This document shows, piece after piece, positions 50,037 to 63,087 of a stretch of 64,000 nucleotides of DNA. The position numbers and the translations under genes are program-made. The DNA comes from Octopus sinensis (taxonomy: Eukaryota). The stretch is from assembly GCF_006345805.1 (NCBI RefSeq), contig NC_043021.1, forward strand, positions 12,462,001 to 12,526,000, in the 5' to 3' direction. How positions within the stretch are numbered: the stretch's first letter is position 1; the number at the start of each line of letters is the position of its first letter. The notes beneath the pieces were generated by a model, which made no database searches, was not told the DNA's origin, and was given only the letters and a program-made list of their open reading frames with translations.

Positions 50037-52766
50037 TGTCCGTTTTCCATGCTAGCATGGGTTGGGGGGTTCAACCGGGGTCTGGGAAGCCAGGAGGCTG
50101 CACCAGGCTCCAGTCTGATCTGGCAGTGTTTCTACAGCTGGATGCCCTTCCTGACGCCAACCACTCCGTGAGTGTAGTGGGTGCTTTTTACGTGCCACCG
50201 GCACAGGTGCCAAGGGAGGCTGGCAACGGCCACGATTGGTTGGTGCTTTTTACGTGCCCCCAGCACGGAAGCCAAAGTGGTGCTGGCATCAACCACATAT
50301 GGATGGTGCTTTTTATATGGCCTAGTGGTTAGAGCAGCGGACTCGCAGTCGAGGGATTGTGGATTCGAATCTTAGACCAGGCGATGTGTATGTTTATGAG
50401 CGAAACACCTAAGCTCCACACGGCTCTGGCAGAAGGTAAAGGCGAAGTTCTGCTGACTCTTTCACCACAACTTTCTCTCACTCTTTCCTCCTGCATCTTG
50501 CAGCTCACCTGTGACAGACCGGCGTCCCGTTCAGGTAGGGAACCTATATGCCAAGGAGACCGGGAAACCAACCCTTATGAGCCAAATGTGGCTCGAGAAG
50601 GAACAATATATATATATATAAATGTGTGTCCATGTTTCTGTTTCTGTCCCCTCCCCCATCACTTGAAAACTGATGCTGGCATTTTTATATCCCCGTAATT
50701 CAACAGTTCGGGGAAAAGAGACCGATAGAATAAGTACTGGGCTTACAAAGAATAAGTCCTGGGGTCGATTTCTTTGACTAAAACCCTTTAAGGCAATGCT
50801 CCAGCAGGGCCACAGTCAAATTACTTAAACTAATGTTACGATATTGGCAATAAACATAGTGTTTGTTTTGTTTTTGGTAAGGCACCAGACTAATTTGGCA
50901 TGGTAACGGTTTCAGTTAATTAAACTGAAAGGAAATAGCTTGGTGGGTAAGGTGTTGGAGGCCAGCAATTTGGGGATCGGGGGGGGGGGGAGTAAGTCGA
51001 TTGCATCGACCCCAGTAGTCAACTGGTATTCATTTTATTGGCACTGAAACAATGAAAGGCAAAGTCAACCCCAACAGAATTTGAACCAGAACATAAAGAC
51101 GGGCAAAAATGCCCTGAAGCTTTTTGCCCAGCGTGCTCACAATTCTGCCAGCTTGCCGCCTCAGTTGTTGCTTCATGATATTAGTTTCAACATTTGGCAC
51201 AAGGCCAGCAATTTCGGGGGAGGGAGTAAGTCGATTGCTTCGACCTCAGTATTCAACTGACACTTATTTTATTTATCACCCAAAAGGATGAAGGGAAAAT
51301 TCAACTTCAGTGGAATTTGGACTCGGAACATAGAGACAAAATGGCGTTGAGCATTTTGCGCAGCACGATAACAATTCTGCCAGCTCGCTGCCTTATGTAT
51401 TGGTTTGTGATATTGAAATGCTTCGTTGTGTATTAATTTAGGCAACCAGGTGATAGTTTGCGGACACACATGCATTTAGAGTAACTGTAGCGAGTATTTT
51501 TAAACAAGGGAAGCAACTCTCACCACTAGCTTAAAAAAAAATCGTTATTTTCTAAAAAAAAAAAGCTTTACAGTTTATTTTATTTCTTTTAAAATCCACT
51601 TTCAAATCCTAAGGACTAGCTTAAAATATGAAAAAAAAACCCAAACAAATATTTCCTTCCAATGGTGTTGCAAAGATTCTCAGTGTCAAAAAGCAAACAA
51701 TTTAAATGCAAAATTTCGTTGTTATTCCAGTAATAATATTAAATTTGACATTTCTCAACAGAAAATAGTTTTGAACATGATATTCCTCAACAAAAGATAA
51801 ATTGGTATATGAAACTACTTTCTGCACTAAAAGGGATAAACAATGTAATAATAATAACGTAATATAAATGTCAAATGTTTTAGGTTTCCCCACAATTTCC
51901 ATCTACCAAATTCATTCACAAGGCATGAGTCACTCTGGGGCTATAGTAAAAGAGACTCGGTCTGGGTGCCATGCAGTAGGACTGAACCTGAAACCACAGG
52001 GTTGTAAAACAACCTTCTTGACCATTCAGCCATGATCTATGACTATGTCATCATCATCGTTTAACGTCCGCTTTCCATGCTAGCATGGATTGGACGATTT
52101 GACTGAGGACTGGCGAACCAGATGGCTGCACCAGGCCCCAATCTGATCTGGCAGAGTTTCTACAGCTGGATGCCCTTCTTAACGCCAACCACTCTGAGAG
52201 TGTAGTGGGTGCTCTTACGCACCACCAGCACGAGGGCCAGTCAGGCAGTACTGGCAACGGCCATGCTCAAATGGTGAATTTTATGTGCCACCTGCACACG
52301 AGCCAATCCAGTGGCACAGGCAACGACCTCGCTCAAATGTTTTTTCACATACCACCAGCACAAGTGCTAGTAAGGCAACGCAGGTAACGATCATGCTCGA
52401 ATGGTGCTTTTAACGTGCCATCGGCATGTATATATATATGTGTGTACATATATATGTGTGTGTATGTATATATATGTGTGTGCACCCACTACACTCACGG
52501 AGTGGTTGGCGTTAGGAAGGGCATCCAGCTGTAGAAACATTTCCAGATAAGACTGGAGCCTGGTGCAGCCTTCTGGCTTCCCAGATCCCCAGTCGAACCG
52601 TCCAAACCATGCTAGCATGGAGAACGGACGTTAAACAATGATGATGATGATGTGTGTGTGGCTATATCCTTCTTCAAAGTTTGAAGTAGCACTCACACTG
52701 GAGTACTGACCACTGTCCATGAGAGTGGTGGCACTGTTGTTGCTGCTACTACATACAAACACACCA

Positions 52767-53186
52767 GGGTGAAGTGTTCGGTTTAGGGACATTAAAAAAG
52801 TAAATAAAAATTGAGGGGAGATAACTAGTAAAGGGACATAAGTCAGTTTACTGTTAAACAACAAATACTGTAGTAAGGGTAACCTGGTGAATTACAATTT
52901 CCGCAACATGTATAAATTCATAATTCGCCAATGCTGTGCCAACCACTGAAGAATCTTGTCTCGTGATTCGGTTAATTGGGTGATATTCCAAGACTGATTC
53001 ATGGTTGAGGGTTTCAATTTCAGGAACGATGAATTACGGTCCCGCTGGTCTTCCACGTGCCATTCTGATCAATTCCAAAGTAAATGACGTCCAGTATTTA
53101 TGTTGACTCAAGTATGTCCCTTTACTAATTATCTCCCCCTTAATTTTTATTCACTTTTTTAATATCCCTAAACTGAACAGTTACCC
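52767..53186. mobile_element. MITE-like element with about 74-bp terminal inverted repeats
   Basis: 52767-52840 (gtttagggacattaaaaaag...aaagggacata) matches the reverse complement of 53113-53186, around a unique interior of about 270 bp. Confidence 0.7.
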
Positions 53187-53699
53187 ACACCAGACTGAAT
53201 CTAAAAACACGGCCATTCAACTAAATTACGAATGCTCCATCAACAATATGCTGCATCCATTAGTTTCACAGAGGTGATATTTCTTCACTTCTGACTCTAA
53301 ATACCAAAAATAATCCTACTTTGTGTGTGGCGGTGACAACACAACTGCTGCTACTAATACTACTACTACTATTACTGAGTTGTCTCTTTCTTTTCTGCTC
53401 TAAGCACAAGGCCCGAAATTTTTGGGAAGGGGGCCAGTTGATTAGATCAACCCCGGTATGCAACTGGTACTTAATTTATTGACGCCGAAAGGATAAAAGG
53501 CAAAGTTGACCTTGGCGGAATTTGAACTCAGAATGTAGTGGCAGATGAAATACCGCCAAGCATTTCACCCGGCATGCTAACATTTCTGCCAGCTCACCAC
53601 CTTTGATGTTCTTCATATTCTTTTCTACTCTTGGTTTAATTTTTAATTGTTGTGATTTTATACGTGTTAGTTTTTTGATATATTTGTTTTATAATGATA

Positions 53700-54190
53700 A
53701 AAGACCGAGACCTCTGGAGGTATGCTGTGACTGAGAAGACCCGGCAAATAAAGTGAGTCCACAGCTGTAACCTACACCAAGTTGCATAACCAGCCCACTC
53801 AAAAGTGCCTTGGATCATAGGGCGACATGCCGTGCTTGAGGAAACCTACTGAGTCAGGTACATCAACATCGGCAATATCAAAATCACATGAAAAGCACCA
53901 TCCGAATGTGACCGATGCCAGTGCTGCCTTGACTGGCTTCCATACCGGTGGCATGTAAAAAGCACCATCCGATTGTGGTCGATGCCAGCTCCTCTGGACC
54001 ATGCCGGTGGAACGTAATAAGCACCCACTACACTCTCGGAATGGTTGGCGTTAGGAAGGGCATCCAGCTGTAGAAACACTGCCAGATCAGAATGGGACCT
54101 GGTGCAACCTCCTGGCTTCCCAGAACCCAGTTGAACCGTCCAACCCATGCCATCATGGAAAACAGACGTTAAACAATGATGATGATGAGG
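53700..54190 (+). mobile_element. RTE 3' end (KDRDLWRYAVTEKTRQIK*) plus 3' UTR
   Basis: ORF2 terminus followed by the same modular UTR and (GAT)n tail. Confidence 0.8.
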
Positions 54191-54460
54191 AGGATTGTCG
54201 TACATTTTATTTTGTTTTTATATATTTGTTTATAAATTATTTAATATTTTTATAGAAAGATAACAATAAGAAGAGTATTTAAATTTTAAGACATTGGTTT
54301 TGAATATAAGGAAGCGGGGTGCATTTTCCCTTAAAAACTTTTTCCCACCAATGACAGGTGAATTGGGTCAGGGAGATAAATAGCAAAAATGATGGGGGGG
54401 GGGAGGGATTGAAATGAGTTGAAAGAAGAAAATATCCCCGATTAATTCCAAATTGCTCAC

Positions 54461-54584
54461 CTGTACATCTCTTTTGTAGAACTTTGATTTCTTCATGCAT
54501 TCCTTTCAAAGTCTTAGCATGTTGCTGACGTAAGAACAACATCTCACTCTCCAAGTTCCGGCGCTGTATGGGACTTTCAGACAT
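54461..54584 (-). CDS. CCDC92: CCDC92 coding exon (MSESPIQRRNLESEMLFLRQQHAKTLKGMHEEIKVLQKRCT); exon acceptor at 54622
   Basis: Matches the CCDC92/74 N-terminal coiled coil (LLFLQREHASTLKGLHSEIRRLQQHCT). Donor GTGAGC. The frame is also open for 37 nt upstream to the acceptor, so the true start may lie in an earlier exon. Confidence 0.9.
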
Positions 54585-54764
54585 CTTGGATTTATTAGAA
54601 TAGCTGTTATTGTTGTCAAATCTGGCAGAGTTAAAAGAAAGAAAAAAATAGAATGAAATCGATTTTTAACAGAAAAATGTAAAGACAAAACAAAAAAAAA
54701 ACAAGGAGGAAAGGAAAACAAAATAAGAGTTTTTAATATCAATTATTGAAGAATAGGATGGAGA

Positions 54765-55468
54765 AAGTTCAGAAAGCTTTTACCTCTGTTGGCAACCAAA
54801 AATCTCTCCCTGAATGAAGGGAAGATTGTACGATGCCTGTGTACAAAATGTGATGCTGCATGGTAGTGAAACATAGGACATGAGAAGGCTGGAGAGGAAC
54901 GAAGCTGGTATGCTCCACCGGATGTGCAATGTCAGGGTGCATGTGCAACAAAGTATTGGTGTATGGAGAGAGAAGTTGGAAATAAGAGGAATTATATGCA
55001 GTGTGGATGAAAGGAGACGGCGCCGGTTTGGTCATGATGAGGACAGTTGTGTAAAGAAGTGCCGATCACTTAAAGTGGAGGAAAGTTGTGGAAGAGAAAG
55101 ACTCGAGAAGATATGGAATGATGACCGATCTCAAACCGCTGACAGAGAACCAAGATATATGGTGCAATGTTGTACTTGAGAAGACCTGCCCACCACAAGG
55201 GAATTGAGATCCTAAAACCAAGGTGGTGCATAAAAAGCATTGGTGTGCATACTGGTGCCACATAAAAAGCACTGGTAATGGTGTTATGTAAAATGCATCC
55301 AGTACACTCTGTGAAGTGGTTGGCATTAGGAAGGGCATCCAGCCATAGGAACTAAGCCAAAATAGACTATGGAGCCTGGTGTGGCCCCTGGCCTAGCCAA
55401 TTCCTGTCGAGCTGTCCAACCCATGCCAGCATGGAAAACAGACATAAATGTTGATGATGATGATGATT
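54765..55468 (+). mobile_element. RTE LINE 3' fragment with 3' UTR and (GAT)n tail
   Basis: Peptide MRRLERNEAGMLHRMCNV...FGH..DSCVKKCRSLKVE..CGRER..KIW, followed by the shared tail ccaacccatgccagcatggaaaac...gatgatgat. Confidence 0.88.
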
Positions 55469-56523
55469 TTATTTCAGGGAAACTAAAACTATTTCTATAA
55501 CACTTTAGCAACATGTGAGAGGGTAGGTGCATGCATGTATTTTAGGGGGTTGACTTCACCCCCACCAAAAAACTCAAGCATGATCAAAGTCATAATAATG
55601 ATGATGATGACGATGACCACCACCACCATCATAGTTTTAATGTCCACTTTTCCTTGCTTGCATGGATCAGAAGAAATTTCTTGAGACAGATTTTCTACAG
55701 CTGGGTGCCCATGTACCCTTCCTGTTGCCAATCCAAGGTAATATTTACCCATGGCTAGACATGGCTTCATGTTCAGTTCCACTGCATTGCACCTTGGGCA
55801 AGTGTCTTCTATTAGAAACCCTTGCCAGTCAATGTCTTCTGAGTAGATAGAAACTGTGTGGAAACCCATTATACATACATTCATACACATATGCATGTGT
55901 GTAAATTTGTATGTTTTGTTTTATATATATCTTCTCATGCATATAGTTGCATGTCTAGACATGCTCATATATACTTAAATGATAAACTTCTTGGAAAGCA
56001 TTAGATATTTATAGTCCCACTGATGGCTTGGTTCTCTGAATCAGCTTTCTCCTTTCTGGCTTTCAGAGGCCTTAATTTCTCAAGATTGGTATTTAGGCAA
56101 TGTGTTACATACCCTAGTTCCCCAATAATTATGGGTATAAACCTGAACTTGTAACCTGGATAGAGTGACTGCAGATTTCTCAATAGTTCAGCTTAGGTAT
56201 TTTCTTTTTCTCTCATCTTTATCTTCAAATCCGCTGGGCAGCTGACTTCCACAACTGTACACAGTTTCTTTTCTCTATCCCAAATCATTATATCGGGTCT
56301 ATTGTGTTTACATTTTATTGTTTTCACTGGGACATTCCACCAGTGCTCCTTCTTATTGTGAGTGGCTATAGCTTACACCATACTGTGGGCCCTTATTTCA
56401 TTGGCTTCAAGGTTATCCCTCCAATGGATCTCACTATACAGTGTCTTAGCTACATCATGTATGTATGTATATATGTGTGTGTGTGTTTGTATACATATAT
56501 ATATATGTATGTCTGTATGTGTT

Positions 56524-56569
<46 letters not shown>

Positions 56570-57283
56570 CATGTATGTGTGTGTATATATATGTATGTAT
56601 GTCTGTATGAGTGAATGTATGTATGAATGAATGAATGAGCTGCCAACAAATGCCCATTTTTGAACAGTCATGTGCTATCTGATCCCCCAGTACCGTCAGC
56701 CTACACATAAACATCTGGTTCTATAAGAGCATAGTTCTACCAACAGTTCCCTATGCCAACAAGAGATGGAAGAACACTGCAAAGATTGACAGAAAGCTAG
56801 ATGTGTTCCACCAAAGTTGCTTGAGAAAGTATAATCAACAGAGTGGACCAAAAGCAGCAGTGACTTGGGATTGAAATTAATATTGGTTTCAAATATTGGC
56901 ACAAAGCCAGCAGGTTTGGGGGAAAGGAGTAAGTTGATTACATTGACGCCAGTGCGTAACTGGTACTTATTTTATTGACTCCAAAAGGATGAAACACGAA
57001 GTTGACCATGGCAGAATTTGAACTCAGAATGTGAAAATGGACGAAATGCGACTAAGCATTTTGCCTGGCACACTACCAATTCTTATTTCTTTATTGCCCA
57101 CAAAGGGCTAAACATAGAGGGGACAAACAAGGACAGACAAAGGGTTTAAGTCAATTACATCGACCCCAGTGCTTAATTTATCGACCCTGAAAGGATGAAA
57201 GGCACAGTCGACCTCTGCAGAATTAGAACTCAGAACGTAATGGCAGACGAAACACCGCTAAGAATTTTGCCCAGCGTGCTAAC

Positions 57284-57463
57284 GATTCTGCCAGCTCGCC
57301 ACCTTTCATACCAATTCTACCAGCTTGCAAACTAACAATTCTGCCAGCTCGCCACCTTTCATACCAATTCTACCAGCTTGCAAACTAACAATTCTGCCAG
57401 CTTGCCACCTTTCATACCAATTCTACCAGCTTGCAAACTAACAATTCTGCCAGCTTGCCACCT
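57284..57463 (+). repeat. 53-bp tandem repeat (about 3.4 units) derived from SINE-B head sequence
   Basis: aattctgccagctcgccacctttcataccaattctaccagcttgcaaactaac is repeated. Confidence 0.92.
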
Positions 57464-58509
57464 TGTATATGTGTAACATAATGGTTTCAAATTTTGACAC
57501 AAGGCCAACAGGTTTTTGTTTTTTTTTTTGGTGGGGGATTAAGTCGATTACATTGACACCCCCCCCCCACCACCACTTGACTGGTATTTAATTTATCAAC
57601 TCCAAAAGGATGAAGGGCAAAGTTGACTTCAGAAGAATATGAACCCAAAACGTGAAGACAAACAAAATGCCACTAAGCAGTATGCTTGGCATGCTAACGA
57701 TTCTGCCAGCCGGCCACCTTGGGACTGAAATCGATATTTTCACAGAAATATTTGACTTTGGGGATAGAAACATTCAGCAAATGATTTGGGTAAATCAAAC
57801 TGTGTCTATCGCACGATTTTCTGCTAGATTTCCATACAACAGGCAGATTACATTTCACACACCTGTCATTATTCTTAACCTATCAGAATGATAAACAAGC
57901 AATGGCTTAACCCTTTAGCATTCAGATTATTCTGTCAAATGTAATGCTTAAGGCCTCCGTATAGTGTATATCTACTTCTCTATCTTCAATGGTGCAGGAA
58001 ATTCCAATACACCCTGGGTGTTGGTAAATTTTTCTGATTTCCCCTCTTATCTCAATGCTATGGAGATGAGATAATGTCTTGAATTTTTCAAACCATCCAC
58101 ATGAAAGAGCAATCATTTGAGTGACTTTCCTATTTCCTTGTTTCAACTGATAAAAAATAATTTTAACCTTTTAGTGTTCAAATTAATATGTCATAAGTAA
58201 TTCTTATTCATTTACATTTTAAAAAATTAATCTGGTATTATCTTGTAGCTTCAAGATTTGAAAGATGTAATTGTTTATTTTTAGAATGACATTGCAGGGT
58301 AGGTGTGAGATGCTGGTTCTGATCACTTTGAGCATAAAATGAGTAGAATATTTGGGCCGGATATAGCCGGTTTAAACACTAGAGGGTTAATGCCTTTTGC
58401 TAGACGATGTGCTGAGAGAGTGGTGACTGATGCCATGGCATGCCATTTCCTCAAACACTTAACATTTTCTCCATGTTTACATTGTAAATTTGTTTAGCAA
58501 CACTACACC

Positions 58510-59790
58510 ATCATCATCATTTAACGTCCGTTTTCCACCCCTATGGATGCACTGCAGTTACTCTCATGATAGAGCTTGGTGATTCTGACTACTGATCTTC
58601 TGGGATTCCTCTGCTCGGCATCAATGGCTCAGTCAAGCTCCTCTGCCATGCTGTAGTCCCATGACTTCACCATATCCCTGGCAGTGTGGTTGAACAGGTG
58701 CTATGCCTTGCCAAAGGGCAACCCATAACTATGCTCCTCCTTCTTTTGTCCAGATGTGGTGTCCACTCTGTCAATTTGGTATTCCATCTATTGTCCTTCC
58801 TTCTAAACACAGCTGACACAAGAGCTTTTATTTCCAGATAATATCCATTAATCTTGTCGCCACTCCTTATCCTGTTTCTCCACTTATCCATTTTGTTAAT
58901 CTTCAGTATTTCCCTTTCCATGGTTCTTAGTGTTGCTCTTAATGTATTTTCAATACTCTTGTTGGTAGTCCACATTCCTGATGCATATGTAATGGTAGGC
59001 ATTACACACTGTGATTAGATGTTTGGAGATTATCTTTGTTTTACTAATATAAATTCCAAGCCCATATTTTTAGCTTTCTTCTTTTAGTTCTCTGAGCATT
59101 TCTGTTGATTCTTCAATGATGCTCCTGGAAACGAGTTTTGTTTTGTTCCTTCTCGAGCCATGCCAGGCTCATATGGGTCAGTTTCCCGGTTTCCTTGGCA
59201 TATAGGTTCCCCACCTGAACAGGATGCCGGTCCGTCGCAGGTGAGCTGCAAGATGCAGGAGGAAAGAGTGAGAGAAAGTTGTGGCGAAAGAGTCAGCAGA
59301 AGTTCGCCATTACCTTCTGCCGGAGCTACGTGGAGCTTAGGTGTTTCGCTCATAAACACACACATCACCCAGTTTGAGATTCGAACCTGTGATCCCTCGA
59401 CTGCGAGTCCGCAGCTCTAACCACTAGGCCATGTGCCTCCACTGGAAACGAGTACAATATCATCAGTGAATTAGAGATGATTTAGCATGCATCCATTTAT
59501 ATTTATTCCTTTGTCTGACCAATAGAAGTTTTTAACAACCTTTTCTAATACAGACAGGAATTATTTCAGTGATATCATGTCTCCTTGTCTGACTCCTTCA
59601 CCAGTTTCGATGTCAACTACTTTGTTGTTCATAGATGCTGCAGTTCTACAGTCGATGTACACATTCCCTTCAAATAGTCTCCTCCGATTCCCTTTTCCTC
59701 CTCTTAATACATCACTAATTTTCATGGAATCAAAAGCTTTTTCAAAATCTACAAATGTTTTGCATAATGGTATGTTGTAAGTTGGGCATT
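58510..59790 (-). mobile_element. Decayed RTE/BovB-like LINE RT region, interrupted by a SINE
   Basis: Peptides FVDFEKAFDS...GVRQGDMISLK and PTITYASGMWT...RTMEREILKI...DNRWNTKLTEWTP. Confidence 0.8.
59137..59441 (-). mobile_element. tRNA-derived SINE family C, full length with a 12-bp TSD; second copy at 50317-50606 (+)
   Basis: Head tggcctagtggttagagc...ggttcgaatc. Perfect TSD ctggaaacgagt at 59125-59136 and 59442-59453. Confidence 0.92.
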
Positions 59791-60034
59791 TTATGTACAC
59801 ACACACACACATATCATCATCATCGTCGTTTAACATATCAACACGTTTTTTTTCTGTCTCTGATTTTTCGTTCTCTCTCCATTTTTTTTTTTACTCTCAA
59901 CCCTTTCTGTCAAAGAGCATAGGCTAGAAACGTCAAAGACTTTTCCATTCTTCACAAGCGTCAAACTAAAACAAATGCTTGTTGTTCCCTCACCTGTCTT
60001 CATCTTTTGTTTTACGTAAATTTGAACTATACAA

Positions 60035-60520
60035 GGGGGTATCCGGTCGCTTTTGCCAAATGACTTCCCTCAAATACTTGTCCTCCAACAATTCTCACAT
60101 ACAAACTGATCAATTTTCTCCATATTTTGTGGGGTGACACTCATGGCAGGCCTTCATTGTCATCCAAGGATGTTCTTCTGCTTTTGAAGTGTCCATGCCA
60201 CTCAAAGCATTACATATGACCCATTGCCTCATTGTCGTAAGCTTGCTGAAGCACGCTCAATATCTCTGTAGCAGACTTCCCAAGTTTAACACAAAATTTC
60301 ACATTGGCTCATTGTTCTTGTCCATGACAAAATCGCAGACTACAGCATACACGTGATCACAAAAACACAAATTTCACAACTTACGAAATAAACACAGTGA
60401 TATCACTCAGCACACTGCCTCATGAAGGTCACTGCTAGCTCTCACTGTGCATGCAACCATGTGCTGCCATCTGTTGGCATGCTTCAGAACTAGTCCAGGA
60501 ACTTTTTGATACTACCTCGT
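60035..60520 (-). mobile_element. Mariner 5' end (TIR plus HTH region), pseudogenised
   Basis: TIR tacgaggtagtatcaaaaagttcc. Peptide EQ*ANVKFCVKLGKSATEILSVLQQAY...CFEWH..FK..RTSLDD. Confidence 0.8.
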
Positions 60521-61161
60521 ATAGTATATTATTATAAATATATATTGTATATTATATATTATATAGATATTGTGTGTATATATATATATTGTATGGGTGT
60601 ATATATATATCATCATCATCATTTAACGTCTGCTTTCCATGCTAGCATGGGTTGGACAATTTGACTGAGGACTGGCGAACCAGATGGCTGCACCAGGCCC
60701 CAATCTGATCTGGCAGAGTTTCTACAGCTGGATGCCCTTCCTAGCACCAACCACTCTGAGAGTGTAGTGGGTGCTTTTACGTGCCAGTCTGGTGGTACTG
60801 GCAACAGCCATGCTCAGATGGTGTTTTTTACATGCCACCTGCACAGGAGTCAGTCCAGCAGTACTGGCAACGACCTCGCTCAAATGTTTTGTTCATGTTC
60901 CACCGGCACAAGTACCAATAAGGCGATGCTGGTAATGATCAAGCTCAAATAGTGCTATTTACGTTCCACCTGCATGGAAGCCAGACAGCTGCTCTGGCAG
61001 TGATCCCACTCAGATGGAGCTTTTAGCGCTCCACTGGCACAGGTGCCAGTCATCGAATTTGGTTCAATTTCGATTTCATTTGCTCCAACTGGTCTTCACA
61101 AGCAGAGTTTAGTGCCCAATGAAGGAAGGTTGGCATGGGTGCCAGTCGATTTGGTTCCATT

Positions 61162-61198
<37 letters not shown>

Positions 61199-61264
61199 CA
61201 TCAGTTATATACAGGGCGTGGTGAATAAACTATATATATATATATATATATTACATCAGTTATA

Positions 61265-61895
61265 TACAGGGTGTGGTGAATAAACTATCATCTAAATTAT
61301 GCAAAAATGAAAATAACACTCACATCTCATTTTAACAGATAAATTTACCAAAATTATATAAAAAAATCTTGAAATACTAAAGAGTAAATTTATTCAATAA
61401 AATCACCATTGGCTTCAACCATGGCCTCCAGACAACTTCAGAATCTCCTGCAACTCTTCTGGACAGTCTCCTTGTTTAAGTTGGTGAATGCTGCCATAAT
61501 CTTTGCCTTCAGTCCATCTTGGGTGTTACAAGGAGTTCTGTTGGTCTCTCGCTCAACTGCGCCCCACACATAATAATCAAAGGGCTTGCAGTCAGGTAGT
61601 GATCAGATTTTAGGGGTGATGTGCTTGCAGAAATTGTCTGACAGCCATTACTGGGTTCTCCGCTTGTGTAGCATGGTGCAGAGTCCTGTTGCCATACATA
61701 GGGTCTTTTAGCAGCCACCTTCTTGACCCAGGGCAACACTACCTCCTCTAGGCACTTGATGTAGGCCTCCATGTTGAGTTTGAGGCCGTGAGGAAAGATG
61801 AATGGAGGCATAATGTTGCCATCACTGATGATCACTCCAAACACCATGATGTGGACTGGATGTTTGATTTTTATCACTCTGTTCTCTGATTGACA
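61265..61895 (-). mobile_element. maT (DD37D) Tc1/mariner transposase 3' half with TIR, frameshifted
   Basis: IMVFGVIISDG..MPPFIFPHGLKLN...YVWQQDSAPC...DYYVWGAVERETN. Spacing is consistent with D37D once frameshifts are allowed. Terminus TAcagggtgtggtgaataaact. Confidence 0.85.
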
Positions 61896-62137
61896 CCCAA
61901 ACACTGTGAAATGTTCGTATTCGTGCTCCTGGTACGAATGTCAAGCAGTACAGCATGTCATTTCCAAATTTCTGGCAGAGTGAATTGCGCCATGGTGCTA
62001 TTTTTCTCTCAGACGGTGCCCAATTGACCCTACTATACTGTGTAGTTGGCAAAATCAAAAGCAAACAATGCACATGCTTGAAATTAAAGATATAAAATAG
62101 CAATAATTTACCCATTGCACTATGTGTCTATATATAT

Positions 62138-62386
62138 ATACAAAATGAGAAAATGGAGAAATATATCTAAATCAATCATCAACCATCAGATAATACCCAA
62201 TCAATACTTTATTAAACCATTACACAATAGCAATGATATTATACATTAATATGTCTTGTTATATTTGTACTATATTAATGTATAATATCATTGCTATTGT
62301 GTAATGGTTTAATAAAGTATTGATTGGGTATTATCTGATGGTTGATGATTGATTTAGATATATTTCTCCATTTTCTCATTTTGTAT
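62138..62386. repeat. Perfect inverted repeat, 115-bp arms, 19-nt spacer
   Basis: 62138-62252 is the exact reverse complement of 62272-62386. Confidence 0.95.
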
Positions 62387-63053
62387 TATTAATTTATGGT
62401 AAAAATAATTTTACCTTTGCCCACATAATACAGTAGATGAATTAATTGCATCGCAATTTTTAACATTTATGTATTAGCTTTGTTGGGTACTTCTCTAGCA
62501 GTATATTGGACATATGTTATCCCATGGAGGGTTGAATTTACAACCCCTATCTCATTTTATATATATATATATATGTGTGTCAGCTTTTCTCCATTTTGAT
62601 GGAGATTTTTCAAATTTGCTTTTCACAACACTCTTGCAAATGATGGGAGGAAACTTTTTATGAAAGACATTTTTGAAAATTTATGAGTTATTTCAAACAT
62701 CCTCTCCAAGTCAGTACCAATTTTGACTAGTGTTTATTAATTTTTTTTTTCTTTGCACTATTCACTTAAAAACAATGGGAGAAGTCTTCAAGGTTAAAAA
62801 GAAGAATTTTGTAAATCAGAGATTACCATTATAATCTCTCTACTTCCTTTATTTTCAAACAGAAAATGAAACGTAAATTTAAAAACAATAATGAAATTTT
62901 TTTAGTTTTTTTCATTCATCTCCATCCCCACCAGACATCCTAAAATTTTAGCTTTTCTTCGACATCCAACTTATGTGGGTGTACTATTCCAAAAGCCCAT
63001 AAGGCAATTCTATTGTGAAAATTACCCACCAACAACATGATACTCAGCTAGTA

Positions 63054-63087
<34 letters not shown>

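Noticed and set aside
50317-50390. tRNA gene (also the heads of SINE families A and B)
   Set aside because: A/B boxes are present but the cloverleaf is incomplete and continues into a SINE body with multiple copies.
52697-52750. Possible extra CCDC92 exon (AG...GTGAGT on the minus strand)
   Set aside because: Its phases are incompatible with the phase-1 flanking exons. The true linking exon is 49416-49466.
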